A stretch of 64,000 nt of DNA. It comes from a virus. Position 1 is the stretch's first letter. The number at the start of each line of letters is the position of its first letter. This document shows, in pieces, positions 39,207 to 48,699 of the stretch. The position numbers were made by a program, and so were the translations under genes. The DNA lies in IMG/VR virus record IMGVR_UViG_3300025704_002294, positions 30,201 to 94,200 of that record, one strand, 5' to 3'. The notes beneath the pieces are model-generated. The model was not told the origin of the DNA, searched no databases, and saw only the letters and a list, made by a program, of their open reading frames with translations.

Positions 39207-39735
39207 GCCAATCCAAAATTAAATGTATTCTATCTTCGTCTGAGTTATTATAAACTGAATGCATATCCTGATTATCAATTTCAAATATTTCTCCTTGCTT
39301 CATATAGATAGTCTCAGATCCTACTGTGAATTCAACTTTATCATTAGTGACTATGGGTATATGTATTCTACTATTTACAGAAAAAGAATCACCTGTATCA
39401 GTGTGCGGATATATAAAACATTGTGCTGGTAGAAGAGCAAACATAACTCTTATAGGATGACCAGTTTTATAAGTATTAATTTTTTTAAATAACTCTTTAA
39501 AAAATACTTTATCAACATATTTGTCCCAATATTCTGTTTTAGGTGCACTTTTAGATGTATATTCAAACTTGATAGATTCCAAAGACCACATCAATGGAAT
39601 TATATGTGTATCACTGTGAACTGCATAGTAGGAATGTCGAATTATGGAATAAGGATTATTCCAGTCATTGTTATTAGATAATTTATTAGCAATAGAATCA
39701 ATATTGATATCACCAATATAAACAAATGGTTTCAT
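39196..39735 (-). CDS. Asp/Asn beta-hydroxylase-like 2OG-Fe(II) oxygenase
   Basis: IYPHTD, RIHIPIVTN, HSVYN, RIHLILD. Confidence 0.8.
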   Translation of the reverse strand: MKPFVYIGDINIDSIANKLSNNNDWNNPYSIIRHSYYAVHSDTHIIPLMWSLESIKFEYTSKSAPKTEYWDKYVDKVFFKELFKKINTYKTGHPIRVMFALLPAQCFIYPHTDTGDSFSVNSRIHIPIVTNDKVEFTVGSETIYMKQGEIFEIDNQDMHSVYNNSDEDRIHLILDWHAH

Positions 39736-42117
39736 CTACCAGGCGCGGCAACTCCAGTACCTTGCTTTAGTACGAGGACCCGGATTATCACAGTTGTGTC
39801 TTGCTCTAAAACTCTTGCGTCTTGCTGGATTAGACTTTTTAATTTTCATAGTCTTTTGCCCGGCTTTTTTAGCACTAGTACCACCATGTCCAAAGTTTAC
39901 CTTTTTCACATTTCCTGTTTTAGGATCTTTTACATAAACTTTAAACTTCTTAACATCGCCTCTAGTTGGTTTGCCCAACTTAACTTTACGTCCTTGATAT
40001 TCTGCTTCATTCTTAACTAATTTAAGTTCAGGCTTTTTATATCCTTTAAGGTAATAATCTACTTCCTTATCTGATAGTCTTGGAAAATAGTTTCTAAACT
40101 CTGTTTCTAAATCAACATCTTTACCATAACTGTTTATTATTTGCATAATAACTTCTTTGGCAGATGCATCTGTGATTTCATTGAGTTGATCTAAGCCTGC
40201 TAATTTTTTTAATTCTGCTAATTGTCTAGCACCTTCGACAACAATGTCTTCTGCTAGTTCGTCCCAACCAATTAATATGTTTTCGTTTACAACATGTAAC
40301 ACAGGTACAACAATACCTTCGCCATCTGCTGTTTCAATCATTAACTCGTCGCCTGCTTGTATGCTTTCTTCCTTTTTCCTCTTTTTAGGCTTATCGTGTT
40401 TGTCGACAGTATCAGTTCCAAATGTATCTTCAATTCTGCCTTCGTTCTTTTTACAAGAACCTTTTTCGCCTGCTTTTTTACCTGGGACTTTGCTGTAACC
40501 TGTCCAGCACTTTTTATATATTTTGCTATTACCATGCTGTTCGCCTTCAGCAATACCAAGTTCGTGTTTGGCATTTTTTACATAATTACTAAAACGTAAA
40601 CTTGCTCTATTTTTTTTTGTTTCTCCATGTGACTGTTCCCATTCCCAGTATGTGGGCCAATCTAATGGCCTATTATCCATTGTTACTGGCAACATATAGT
40701 CACTAGTGGTTTCTATTTCTTTCCATTTATTTTCGTTCATGTTCTCTCCCATACTAGCATGTTTGGCCGCCATGTGATTTTTGTATTTTGCTGAGCCTTT
40801 CTTATGTGGGGATTTGCCTTCTAAATACTTGTCAAGATATTTTTCTTGTTGTTTTGTTCCTAATTCTTTAAAATCCTCTTCTGTTTTACCAGGATTCAAC
40901 TTTTTAAAATCATCTACTGCTTTTTTATACCCTGAATTTGATCGTTGTAAAAATGGCACTTGATCTTCAGTGGTTAAACCTGCTTTCTTCATTCCTTTGG
41001 CAACTAAACTGGCTCTTTGTGCTCTGCCCAAATTTGGATATTCCTGATTAACATACTGTAATGTATCTCTAGGATCTTGCCCACTTGACTTTAATTGCTT
41101 GGCTGTACTAGCCGCAAAGTCTATAACTGCTTCGTCGCCCGGATAGTTATCTTTTGCTTGTTGTCTTTGTGCTTGACGTTCATCATGGTCTTTAATTGCC
41201 TTCCAACTTACTGTGTCGCCATCATAAGTTAATTCACCATCGTCACAACCATAATTACCAAATCCATAACAATCTTCATTATCCTCTACATTAGGACATT
41301 CTGGACAATGGCCGTCTTTAACATACTCTGCTTCGACACTATTTGATTGTGCTAACGCATCCTGTAATTGATCGTATGCTTCTTGTCTTTCTTCAGCATC
41401 GTAATAACCATCAGGTTCGCCTATCATGTTATTTGTATAACCACCTCTTGCTGGATTATAATCAGGTGCACCCATCATCTTTTGTTCGATTTCGTTTAAA
41501 TCGTTTGTCATATCTATCTCTTCATTTGCGTGGTCGTGTCCTGGACACTCGCAATCTTTTTCCATTCTGCCACAGTCTACACATTTGTTAAGTCCTTTAG
41601 CCTTATTAATAGGATCTGCATTTACATAAGGTAAATGTCCTTTAGCCTTATTAATAGGAGCCATCTGTCTCATATGTCTATCCCACGGATCTTCCTCTGC
41701 TTCTTCTATGTTTTCTGGATCTGCTTTTTTGACTGTATATTTGACTTTTGGACTTCTTTGTTGTAATTCTTCTGCCGCCTTTTTGGCATCTGATAAACTA
41801 CTATACCTAGCAGTAACATCCTTGCCATCAGCAAAAATACCATAAATTGCATCACTTGGTGCTTTCTCTTCGATGTTATCATCATCCATACCTACATAAC
41901 GCCAGTTCCAAGCACCTGCGCCTATGTAACCATCTTGTACATAGCCTGCCATGTGCATAGCATCATCGCTCTTTATACCCTTCTTATCAGCCCATTGACC
42001 AATGTACCAGGTACGGGTTTTAGCATCTACATCAGCAAACTTCCTGACTATTTCAGGGTTTGCCTTGGGATTGTCTGATGCGTAGTTTATTGCTTCTAGT
42101 AATGATTGTAAATTCAT
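39736..42117 (-). CDS. 793-aa modular putative head-internal polyprotein
   Basis: Short modules separated by xxE; Cys clusters; LKKLAGL; C-terminal KKVNFG...RKSFRARHNC...RYWSC; GATAAATA + 5 nt + ATG. Confidence 0.7.
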   Translation of the reverse strand: MNLQSLLEAINYASDNPKANPEIVRKFADVDAKTRTWYIGQWADKKGIKSDDAMHMAGYVQDGYIGAGAWNWRYVGMDDDNIEEKAPSDAIYGIFADGKDVTARYSSLSDAKKAAEELQQRSPKVKYTVKKADPENIEEAEEDPWDRHMRQMAPINKAKGHLPYVNADPINKAKGLNKCVDCGRMEKDCECPGHDHANEEIDMTNDLNEIEQKMMGAPDYNPARGGYTNNMIGEPDGYYDAEERQEAYDQLQDALAQSNSVEAEYVKDGHCPECPNVEDNEDCYGFGNYGCDDGELTYDGDTVSWKAIKDHDERQAQRQQAKDNYPGDEAVIDFAASTAKQLKSSGQDPRDTLQYVNQEYPNLGRAQRASLVAKGMKKAGLTTEDQVPFLQRSNSGYKKAVDDFKKLNPGKTEEDFKELGTKQQEKYLDKYLEGKSPHKKGSAKYKNHMAAKHASMGENMNENKWKEIETTSDYMLPVTMDNRPLDWPTYWEWEQSHGETKKNRASLRFSNYVKNAKHELGIAEGEQHGNSKIYKKCWTGYSKVPGKKAGEKGSCKKNEGRIEDTFGTDTVDKHDKPKKRKKEESIQAGDELMIETADGEGIVVPVLHVVNENILIGWDELAEDIVVEGARQLAELKKLAGLDQLNEITDASAKEVIMQIINSYGKDVDLETEFRNYFPRLSDKEVDYYLKGYKKPELKLVKNEAEYQGRKVKLGKPTRGDVKKFKVYVKDPKTGNVKKVNFGHGGTSAKKAGQKTMKIKKSNPARRKSFRARHNCDNPGPRTKARYWSCRAW
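41592..41659. repeat. 23-bp direct repeat x2 (period 45)
   Basis: GTCCTTTAGCCTTATTAATAGGA at 41592 and 41637; encodes PINKAKG twice on the minus strand. Confidence 0.9.
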
Positions 42118-42164
42118 ACTAGTATTTATCAGAACTTATTCGTCTGAAGGAGTTTTCCAAATAC

Positions 42165-42659
42165 TTATATATCATCTTTTAGCCACATAGCAAGAGAGTA
42201 TCTTTCACCCGATGTTAGCATTTTAACACCGTGTACAGAATCTATATTTGAAAAAATTACAGCATCGCCTTTATTCATTGGAATTACTTCGTTGTTGTAA
42301 ACAAAATCCCCACCAGTATAAGAGGAATTTAATTGTATAATAATTGTTTTTTCTGTTGGATCTACATGGGGGACGCAAAACTCTCCTTCTTGATATCTAA
42401 TCACATACATCCTATTGTCCATTGCAGATACTTGCTTTTCTAACAACTTGCTAATTTTTGATAGGATTGTATGAGATACATTAAGTTCAATTCTTGTGGG
42501 TAATAATTCTAACCTATACCAAGTGTCTAACGGTACTTCCTCGTTTTCTCTATCTATTGCTGGTGCTGTATTGATATCTAATAATGGCAACTTACCAATA
42601 AAGTTATCGCATTCTATTGGGGAAAGAAAATTTTTGATAAATTTATACTGAGTAGGCAT
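42165..42659 (-). CDS. prolyl-4-hydroxylase-like 2OG-Fe(II) oxygenase
   Basis: NFLSPIEC, PHVD, YTGG, HGV, RYSL; TATAAATA + 5 nt + ATG. Confidence 0.8.
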   Translation of the reverse strand: MPTQYKFIKNFLSPIECDNFIGKLPLLDINTAPAIDRENEEVPLDTWYRLELLPTRIELNVSHTILSKISKLLEKQVSAMDNRMYVIRYQEGEFCVPHVDPTEKTIIIQLNSSYTGGDFVYNNEVIPMNKGDAVIFSNIDSVHGVKMLTSGERYSLAMWLKDDI

Positions 42660-42678
42660 AAATTTATTTATAGATATT

Positions 42679-42885
42679 TTATTGTTCTGAAGGAGTTTTC
42701 CAAACTATCTCAATGCCGCGTCTAACAAGTTCATTGCTACACTTCTGTTTGATTTTAGGCTTCTGTCCTTTGTTTAGATAATCTATTAATTCCTGTTTAG
42801 GAGTATTTTTGATGTAAAAGTGTTCTATGTTAGTACCTTTACCTTTGATGAATGTTTTTTGTGATGGTTTAAATTTTATCGGCAT
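42679..42885 (-). CDS. small basic protein
   Basis: SD GGGAG; HFYIKNTPK...KCSNELVRRG. Confidence 0.65.
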   Translation of the reverse strand: MPIKFKPSQKTFIKGKGTNIEHFYIKNTPKQELIDYLNKGQKPKIKQKCSNELVRRGIEIVWKTPSEQ

Positions 42886-42886
42886 G

Positions 42887-43042
42887 TTATCTCCCTTGTC
42901 CGTTGTATTTTTTATGTGAGCGTTTTTTGTGTTTATTCATTGTAGACATGCCAATTTTACAACGTCTACCTCTGCCGCCACTGCCTATACTGGAACATTT
43001 CCTAGTTTGGGTTCTGTTTGATTTCTTTGCCGCTTTTGCCAT
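42887..43042 (-). CDS. 51-aa highly basic protein (not in ORF track)
   Basis: MAKAAKK...STMNKHKKRSHKKYNGQGR; SD AGGAG; CATAAATA 43069-76. Confidence 0.75.
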   Translation of the reverse strand: MAKAAKKSNRTQTRKCSSIGSGGRGRRCKIGMSTMNKHKKRSHKKYNGQGR

Positions 43043-43085
43043 CTCTCTCCTGGTTTAATTACAGGAATTATTTATGATGAATGAT

Positions 43086-43343
43086 TTACTTTTTCTTTTT
43101 AAGATTGGCAACTTCTTTTTCAAGTTGTACTATGCGGTTGCCTAATAGGGGATATTGTGCTAACCATTTTTCTTCTCTACTTGCTATTTCTAAGTCGTAT
43201 CGCTTTGCTACCCATTCCATGGTGTTGTCCATTTTGATTTGGAACCATACGCCCATCTTTGTGTTTTTAAACCATTGATAAAAACTACTGCCTATAATAC
43301 TTGATAGTATTGCCTTAAGTGATAAGATTAATAACCAGTTCAT
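43086..43343 (-). CDS. small membrane-anchored protein
   Basis: N-terminal hydrophobic segment, C-terminal coiled coil; TAATG coupling. Confidence 0.65.
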   Translation of the reverse strand: MNWLLILSLKAILSSIIGSSFYQWFKNTKMGVWFQIKMDNTMEWVAKRYDLEIASREEKWLAQYPLLGNRIVQLEKEVANLKKKK

Positions 43344-44107
43344 TAACTAATTTCGTTCCTAGGATCAACCTTACCTACCGCGGCTGTATTGTTACGATGA
43401 TTTGCTCTAGTAATAGGACTGTTAATAGGATTCTTGCTTACTTTTGTATTAATAGGTGCTCTTCTTTTAAATGCTGGTTCATCATACTTACTGAAATCTT
43501 GTTTAGGCTTATTAAGTTCTTTTTCTGCTCTTGCTTTGTTTTGAGCATTTTGGAATTCAGTTTGATACTTAACTAAATTTTGATTAACTGCGTCATAAGT
43601 TTTGCTACCATGCATCTGCACCATATACTTTCTAAATTCTTCGTGATTAAATACTGTTCGTGCCGCATTTGCAAGATCTCTTTGTATTTGCATATCGGCT
43701 TTAGTAGATTGTCTAGCAGGTTTTTTAGTAGTTGCCATTTGGTCTTTATTCATATACATTCCGCCCATTTTGTCTGGTGCTTCGCCTACCATTTTACCAC
43801 GCATTTTATTAGGGGATTCATGTCCAGTAGTTGGTTTTACTTTCATAGTGTTTTTATCACTAGTCTTTGCATACTTCTTACTTGCATATTTTTCTTTTAA
43901 TTTGTTTAATATTGGATCGTTATTTTCCACTTCGTCTTCTCCTAACTTTGATAAGTCTATACTTAAAGGACCTTTTGGCTTTTTAAAATTTTTATGTTTT
44001 TTACCTGAGACAATTTTCTCAATCTTTTTTGCTTTTCTAACGCGAGGCATTTCGCCACCGTTATTATTGAGTCCTTGTAATCCGTTTAGTGCCTCATCTA
44101 TCTTCAT
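43343..44107 (-). CDS. basic putative head-internal protein (start corrected to MKIDEAL)
   Basis: GATAAATA (44113-20)-CATGT-ATG; LGE/VGE junctions. Confidence 0.65.
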   Translation of the reverse strand: MKIDEALNGLQGLNNNGGEMPRVRKAKKIEKIVSGKKHKNFKKPKGPLSIDLSKLGEDEVENNDPILNKLKEKYASKKYAKTSDKNTMKVKPTTGHESPNKMRGKMVGEAPDKMGGMYMNKDQMATTKKPARQSTKADMQIQRDLANAARTVFNHEEFRKYMVQMHGSKTYDAVNQNLVKYQTEFQNAQNKARAEKELNKPKQDFSKYDEPAFKRRAPINTKVSKNPINSPITRANHRNNTAAVGKVDPRNEIS

Positions 44108-44141
44108 ACATGTATTTATCTCAGAGATAGAAATTTTGGCC

Positions 44142-44171
44142 AAAAAAATCCCCCTAAAATAAGGGGGATTT
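44142..44171 (-). terminator. intrinsic terminator
   Basis: AAATCCCCCT/AGGGGGATTT stem with T-run on the minus strand. Confidence 0.8.
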
Positions 44172-44187
44172 GATTTCTATCTTTGGA

Positions 44188-45165
44188 TTATATTGAACCG
44201 TTATCTGTAACAAGTCCGTAATCTGTAGGTTGTATAGAACCTTCTGTTTCAATTTCCACGGAAACTCTGGCTGTACCTGCCGAAGCGGTACCTTGAGTTA
44301 CCTCTGCTACTAATTGCACCGTTGAACTGCTTGGCCATATGTAATGGAAGTCTGATCTATATTGTCCGGCTGATGTTAAATCAATATCACTTGCCTTAAA
44401 TAATAAATCTGTATCTGTGCTAGAACCAACAGTAATTGCTGTTGTGTTATTAGCATCAGTCCATGCCGCATCAACTTCGATTATAACTGCTGAGGCTCTG
44501 ACTGCATTATTGACTAGGAATATATTTGCAGTACCGCTATCGTATGAAACGTTAGCAGTTGCAAAAACCAAGCCATTTGCACTAGAACTAGCACCAACAC
44601 CTTTTGTACCAACGTATTGGTGAGCAACTAAAAATACATTGCTACTAATACCTGATGGTACATTATTTGGGAAGTGTAAAATACCTGCCGCATAATCGAA
44701 CACCCATTCTTCATTGGAACTTAACGCATTCATCTTACTTGAATCTGCTTTAGCATTTGATTCAGTTGTATAAACCTTAGCAAGATATGTACTACCAATC
44801 GAAGGTGGTATAAAGTCTCTTAGTCTATTAGCACTACCTGGAACAACGTTACCTGTCGGATCGGCCACTGCTATCCATGTCTTACCTCCTGAAACGGTTG
44901 GGTCAGCAACCATTTGAATTGGTTCAGCAACGTAATCGCCACTGGCCGAGTTCGCACCATAATATTTCACTGGTGTGTCTGCACTACTTGTAGGTGCTGT
45001 TGCAGGTATATCTGAGGATTTTTGCCAAACGTCTTGTGCAAGGGTTAAAGTTTCACTCTTGTAAATTTCGTTAGGTCCGTCTTTGCCATCAATGTTCGTT
45101 TCGGTTACACCGTATACGACCTTCTTCCAAAGGAAATCTAATTTATCGCTATCTGTAATTGCCAT
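44188..45165 (-). CDS. putative virion structural protein
   Basis: Ser/Thr/Ala-rich; WVFDYAAGILHF; SD AGGAGG. Confidence 0.65.
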   Translation of the reverse strand: MAITDSDKLDFLWKKVVYGVTETNIDGKDGPNEIYKSETLTLAQDVWQKSSDIPATAPTSSADTPVKYYGANSASGDYVAEPIQMVADPTVSGGKTWIAVADPTGNVVPGSANRLRDFIPPSIGSTYLAKVYTTESNAKADSSKMNALSSNEEWVFDYAAGILHFPNNVPSGISSNVFLVAHQYVGTKGVGASSSANGLVFATANVSYDSGTANIFLVNNAVRASAVIIEVDAAWTDANNTTAITVGSSTDTDLLFKASDIDLTSAGQYRSDFHYIWPSSSTVQLVAEVTQGTASAGTARVSVEIETEGSIQPTDYGLVTDNGSI

Positions 45166-45178
45166 TATTCATTCCTCC

Positions 45179-47017
45179 TTAAGAAACACTAATTGCTGAT
45201 ATAGAGTCTGAACTACCTAGTTTGACTCTAATCAAAACAACGTTATTGGTGGCGTTTGTTGTGCTTTCTGTACCTAATGTAATCGAAACTGAGCCGGAAC
45301 TCCCACTTGCAATTGAACCATTACCACAGCCTGCGCCATTGCCTACCCCACCTGGGTTACCTGAGCCATCATATAATGTAAATGCATCATACCATGCTCC
45401 GCCAGTTGCGTTAGGTGATGTGCTATTGCTATCACTAACCCCTGGCAATCCTATATATAGTCCTGTATAAGAACCTGTTATGCTAATACTAAAAGTACTA
45501 ACGGCTGATTTGGCAAAATAGAATGTCATATACTGAGTAGCATCTTTGCCACTATAGTCTACAACATTTTCATTTGGCCAATAGCCTGATGTGTAATCAG
45601 TTTGATCAGAGGATAAAATACCTGCAACTACACCAGCCTCGTGAGCATAGCCACTTGCTGTTAAGTCTTGAGTACTGTCCCATGTTAAACTACTACTTGG
45701 AAGGTTGCCTGCGCCTAAAGGTGTATCACCTGTTGCACTTGAACCTAAGTCTACTCTATTACCGCCAGTTGCTCCTGATGGTATAGATATGTTTTGCTCA
45801 TCTACATCACTGCTTCGCGCCGTGCCTGCTTTGAGTAATATTGTACCTGATACAGACTGAGAGCCTGAACCATTTACGTTTGTACCTGTTACTGTTAATG
45901 TTCCTGACGTGTGTCTGTTAGAACCATTAACATTTACTGTTAAAGCACTCAAGGATTGAGCACTTGTTGTTTGTCTGGTAATCGGAGTTGATACGCCTAC
46001 GTCTGAATAAGAGTAAGACTGTGTACTGATTATGCTATCAGAGCCAGATACGGAAATAGGGTTACCATTTCTATATGTCTCTCCTGCCAAATTCGTCATT
46101 GTCAAATTGCCAATAGTTACAGCACCGCTTGAACCAAAATGTTCAATACCTGAACTGTATGCTGTTGTACCATTAGTGTCACCTGTTATAGTTCCTGACG
46201 CAACTGTTGGTGATCCTGTTAGATCATCTACTACAAAGTACACTTCATTAGTGTCACTTGTATCAGTTTTTGTCATTTGGATTCTATTCCACCCTGTACT
46301 TAGAGCCGATGCAATTCTAATTTGTGCATCACTTTCTGTATAAAATCCTGGGGTATCACTTGGTGAGTCTGCATATCCGCTAACGAGTAAATCAGTATAA
46401 GTACCATCTTTGTCTGTGCCGTCAAATGTAACACTACCTGAGGTAGAGCCATTGACTACAGCCGCTAACGTTCCTGAGTCTGATCTAAAGTTGTCTACTT
46501 GACTTGAATTTGGAGTTGTATCAGTAACACGAGTCACACTTGCACCTGCACTTGCTGGTAGTGTGCCTCCTGAGGTTCTATCTGGAACTGAGCCATCTGC
46601 TAGGTAAGGTGCACTTCCAACACTTGAAACTGTTAAAGTTTCACTGTTTGGAAAATCACCTGGTGCTGTTGGTACTAACAAGCCTAACGTTTCATTTAGT
46701 GTATCGATCGCACTTGAAATTTTAGTACTATCTGTTAGTGTTATTGCACCGCCGGCATAACTTCCGTCACCATAAGACGTAACGTCGCCCAAACTAATTT
46801 GGAATCCATCAGCACTACCAGATAGACCTGCGTCCATCTGTGCTTTTGTTACGAAATGACTTGAAGCAGTACCGTTTGCTCCTGCGATTGTGGCCAATGC
46901 ACCAGCGGTCGTTTTAAGGATGACGTTTCCGCCATCGCTCTCGATCGTGTTGCCTCTTTTGCCTAATTCTATATTGGCGCCTACACCTTTTAATCCATAA
47001 TTTTTAGTGTCTGCCAT
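45179..47017 (-). CDS. Ser/Gly/Thr-rich virion structural (fibre/appendage-like) protein
   Basis: Composition; SD GGAG; late promoter GATAAATA 47079-86 (minus). Confidence 0.65.
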   Translation of the reverse strand: MADTKNYGLKGVGANIELGKRGNTIESDGGNVILKTTAGALATIAGANGTASSHFVTKAQMDAGLSGSADGFQISLGDVTSYGDGSYAGGAITLTDSTKISSAIDTLNETLGLLVPTAPGDFPNSETLTVSSVGSAPYLADGSVPDRTSGGTLPASAGASVTRVTDTTPNSSQVDNFRSDSGTLAAVVNGSTSGSVTFDGTDKDGTYTDLLVSGYADSPSDTPGFYTESDAQIRIASALSTGWNRIQMTKTDTSDTNEVYFVVDDLTGSPTVASGTITGDTNGTTAYSSGIEHFGSSGAVTIGNLTMTNLAGETYRNGNPISVSGSDSIISTQSYSYSDVGVSTPITRQTTSAQSLSALTVNVNGSNRHTSGTLTVTGTNVNGSGSQSVSGTILLKAGTARSSDVDEQNISIPSGATGGNRVDLGSSATGDTPLGAGNLPSSSLTWDSTQDLTASGYAHEAGVVAGILSSDQTDYTSGYWPNENVVDYSGKDATQYMTFYFAKSAVSTFSISITGSYTGLYIGLPGVSDSNSTSPNATGGAWYDAFTLYDGSGNPGGVGNGAGCGNGSIASGSSGSVSITLGTESTTNATNNVVLIRVKLGSSDSISAISVS

Positions 47018-47128
47018 TATTTTTTCTCCACTTATATTTTTAACCGGTTATAGTATATGTGTGTATGTTTGATAAAAGTATTTATCGTAAATCAAAGAAT
47101 AGTGACAGGTTACTTATTAAATACACAC

Positions 47129-48184
47129 ATGTCACTAATGTCATTACTACCTAGTACGCAAAAAAATAAGATTATGCAGTTCTATGATCGTATGAACCTA
47201 ATAGATGTGTATGACTTACCTATACCAAAGCCACTAAAGCAAGGTGAGAACTTTGAAGCAATAGACTTAGATAAAATTTTAGAGTATTGTGTCAGTAACT
47301 CAATTGACCCAAGCAGGGTGGTTTTAGCAGAGCCAACATTAAACGGAATTAAAAATACACCCTTTTTACATGTACATTATCCGTTGCACCTCATAACACA
47401 TTATATTATTCACGAAATTCCTGATACTACACCAACTAAACATTTTAATTTCTTAGCAGGTAATTTTCATTATGATAGATTTATGCTACTGCAAGGTTTG
47501 TTTGAAAAAGATTTATTAAAAGATACGCATTGGTCAGCATACAGAACAATTAATACTGATATGCATAAGCAACATCATTTTACAAACGAGTTTATGCAAT
47601 ACTGTAAATTACAAATACCACGCACAATGATACAACTTGATGTGCATAATTCTTACCCAGAAGAAATACCAGAATCTAGTAGGTTTACTGGCGGCTTTCA
47701 TTTAAATGATCGTAACAATCTGGACGGAATTATTTTTAAAGATAGTGCAGTCACAATTACTGTAGATTCAATGGCAAACACAGTACCTGGTGTTTACGAA
47801 AAAGACTGGCATGATGTAGAACAAAAGGTAGGTGCTACTATGTTCTATACTGCAAAAATAATCAAACCTATAAAACACAAAAGACCATTCATACACTTAA
47901 TAGGTAAAGGTAAAGGGGTAGATAAGTATCTCACAGACATGGGTTTTAAAACATTTAATAGCATGTGGAATGAAGATTACTATAATGCAAATACACCAAA
48001 AGAAAGAGTTGACCTAGCAGTTGAATTATGCTATAATTTATCTAAATTAGAAGTAACCGAGATACATGATAAAACTAAAGAAATTTGCGAACATAATTAC
48101 AATGTACTCACAAAAACGGATTGGGTAGAATGGTATCTGAATCAAATACAGACAACTTTACATATACGGCAGGCGACTACATAA
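47129..48184 (+). CDS. GT10-like putative glycosyltransferase, paralog 2 of 4
   Basis: FYTAKIIKPIKHKRPFI...MGFKTFNSMWNEDY...ICEHNY; ATTAAATA + 5 nt + ATG. Confidence 0.5.
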   Translation: MSLMSLLPSTQKNKIMQFYDRMNLIDVYDLPIPKPLKQGENFEAIDLDKILEYCVSNSIDPSRVVLAEPTLNGIKNTPFLHVHYPLHLITHYIIHEIPDTTPTKHFNFLAGNFHYDRFMLLQGLFEKDLLKDTHWSAYRTINTDMHKQHHFTNEFMQYCKLQIPRTMIQLDVHNSYPEEIPESSRFTGGFHLNDRNNLDGIIFKDSAVTITVDSMANTVPGVYEKDWHDVEQKVGATMFYTAKIIKPIKHKRPFIHLIGKGKGVDKYLTDMGFKTFNSMWNEDYYNANTPKERVDLAVELCYNLSKLEVTEIHDKTKEICEHNYNVLTKTDWVEWYLNQIQTTLHIRQATT

Positions 48185-48699
48185 AAACAGACATTGCTTG
48201 GAATCCGCCAGACGTCAAAACTTTTTGCGAATTTGCTGTAGAGCATTTAGTTAATGCTTTTCCAAATCATGATATCTTTATGCACGGTGCATTTCCGCAT
48301 TTGCCTACATGGGACATAGACATTGCAATAATAGGCAAGCCAACCGACGAAGCAGGTAAAACAATAATAGACTTGACAAACACCAGCCTAAACCAGTATA
48401 ATATGCTTGTGGATATATCATTATACGAAACACCTGCATTATTCGAAGGTGTACATACATACAATCAAACAGGTGATGTCAGCAAGTTAGGCAGAACAGA
48501 TATGTACAAACCTTATTATGAAGTATACAAAAACGGAGAACCATTGCATTATCTAGAACGTAAAGTTGAAAAAATTTCAGAACATTTGTACAAACACTAC
48601 ACTTCACTAGAAGCACCACAACCTAAATTCAATAAAGAAAGAAAACACATATATGAAGCAAAACATATATCAACATTCCTAAAGGTGTATAATGTTTAA
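48121..48699 (+). CDS. Pol-beta-like nucleotidyltransferase-fold protein
   Basis: FMHGAF....TWDIDIAI. Confidence 0.5.
   Translation: MGRMVSESNTDNFTYTAGDYIKTDIAWNPPDVKTFCEFAVEHLVNAFPNHDIFMHGAFPHLPTWDIDIAIIGKPTDEAGKTIIDLTNTSLNQYNMLVDISLYETPALFEGVHTYNQTGDVSKLGRTDMYKPYYEVYKNGEPLHYLERKVEKISEHLYKHYTSLEAPQPKFNKERKHIYEAKHISTFLKVYNV
48373..48402 (+). promoter_or_regulatory. sigma70-type promoter inside CDS, upstream of uvsE
   Basis: TTGACA-18-TATAAT. Confidence 0.55.
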
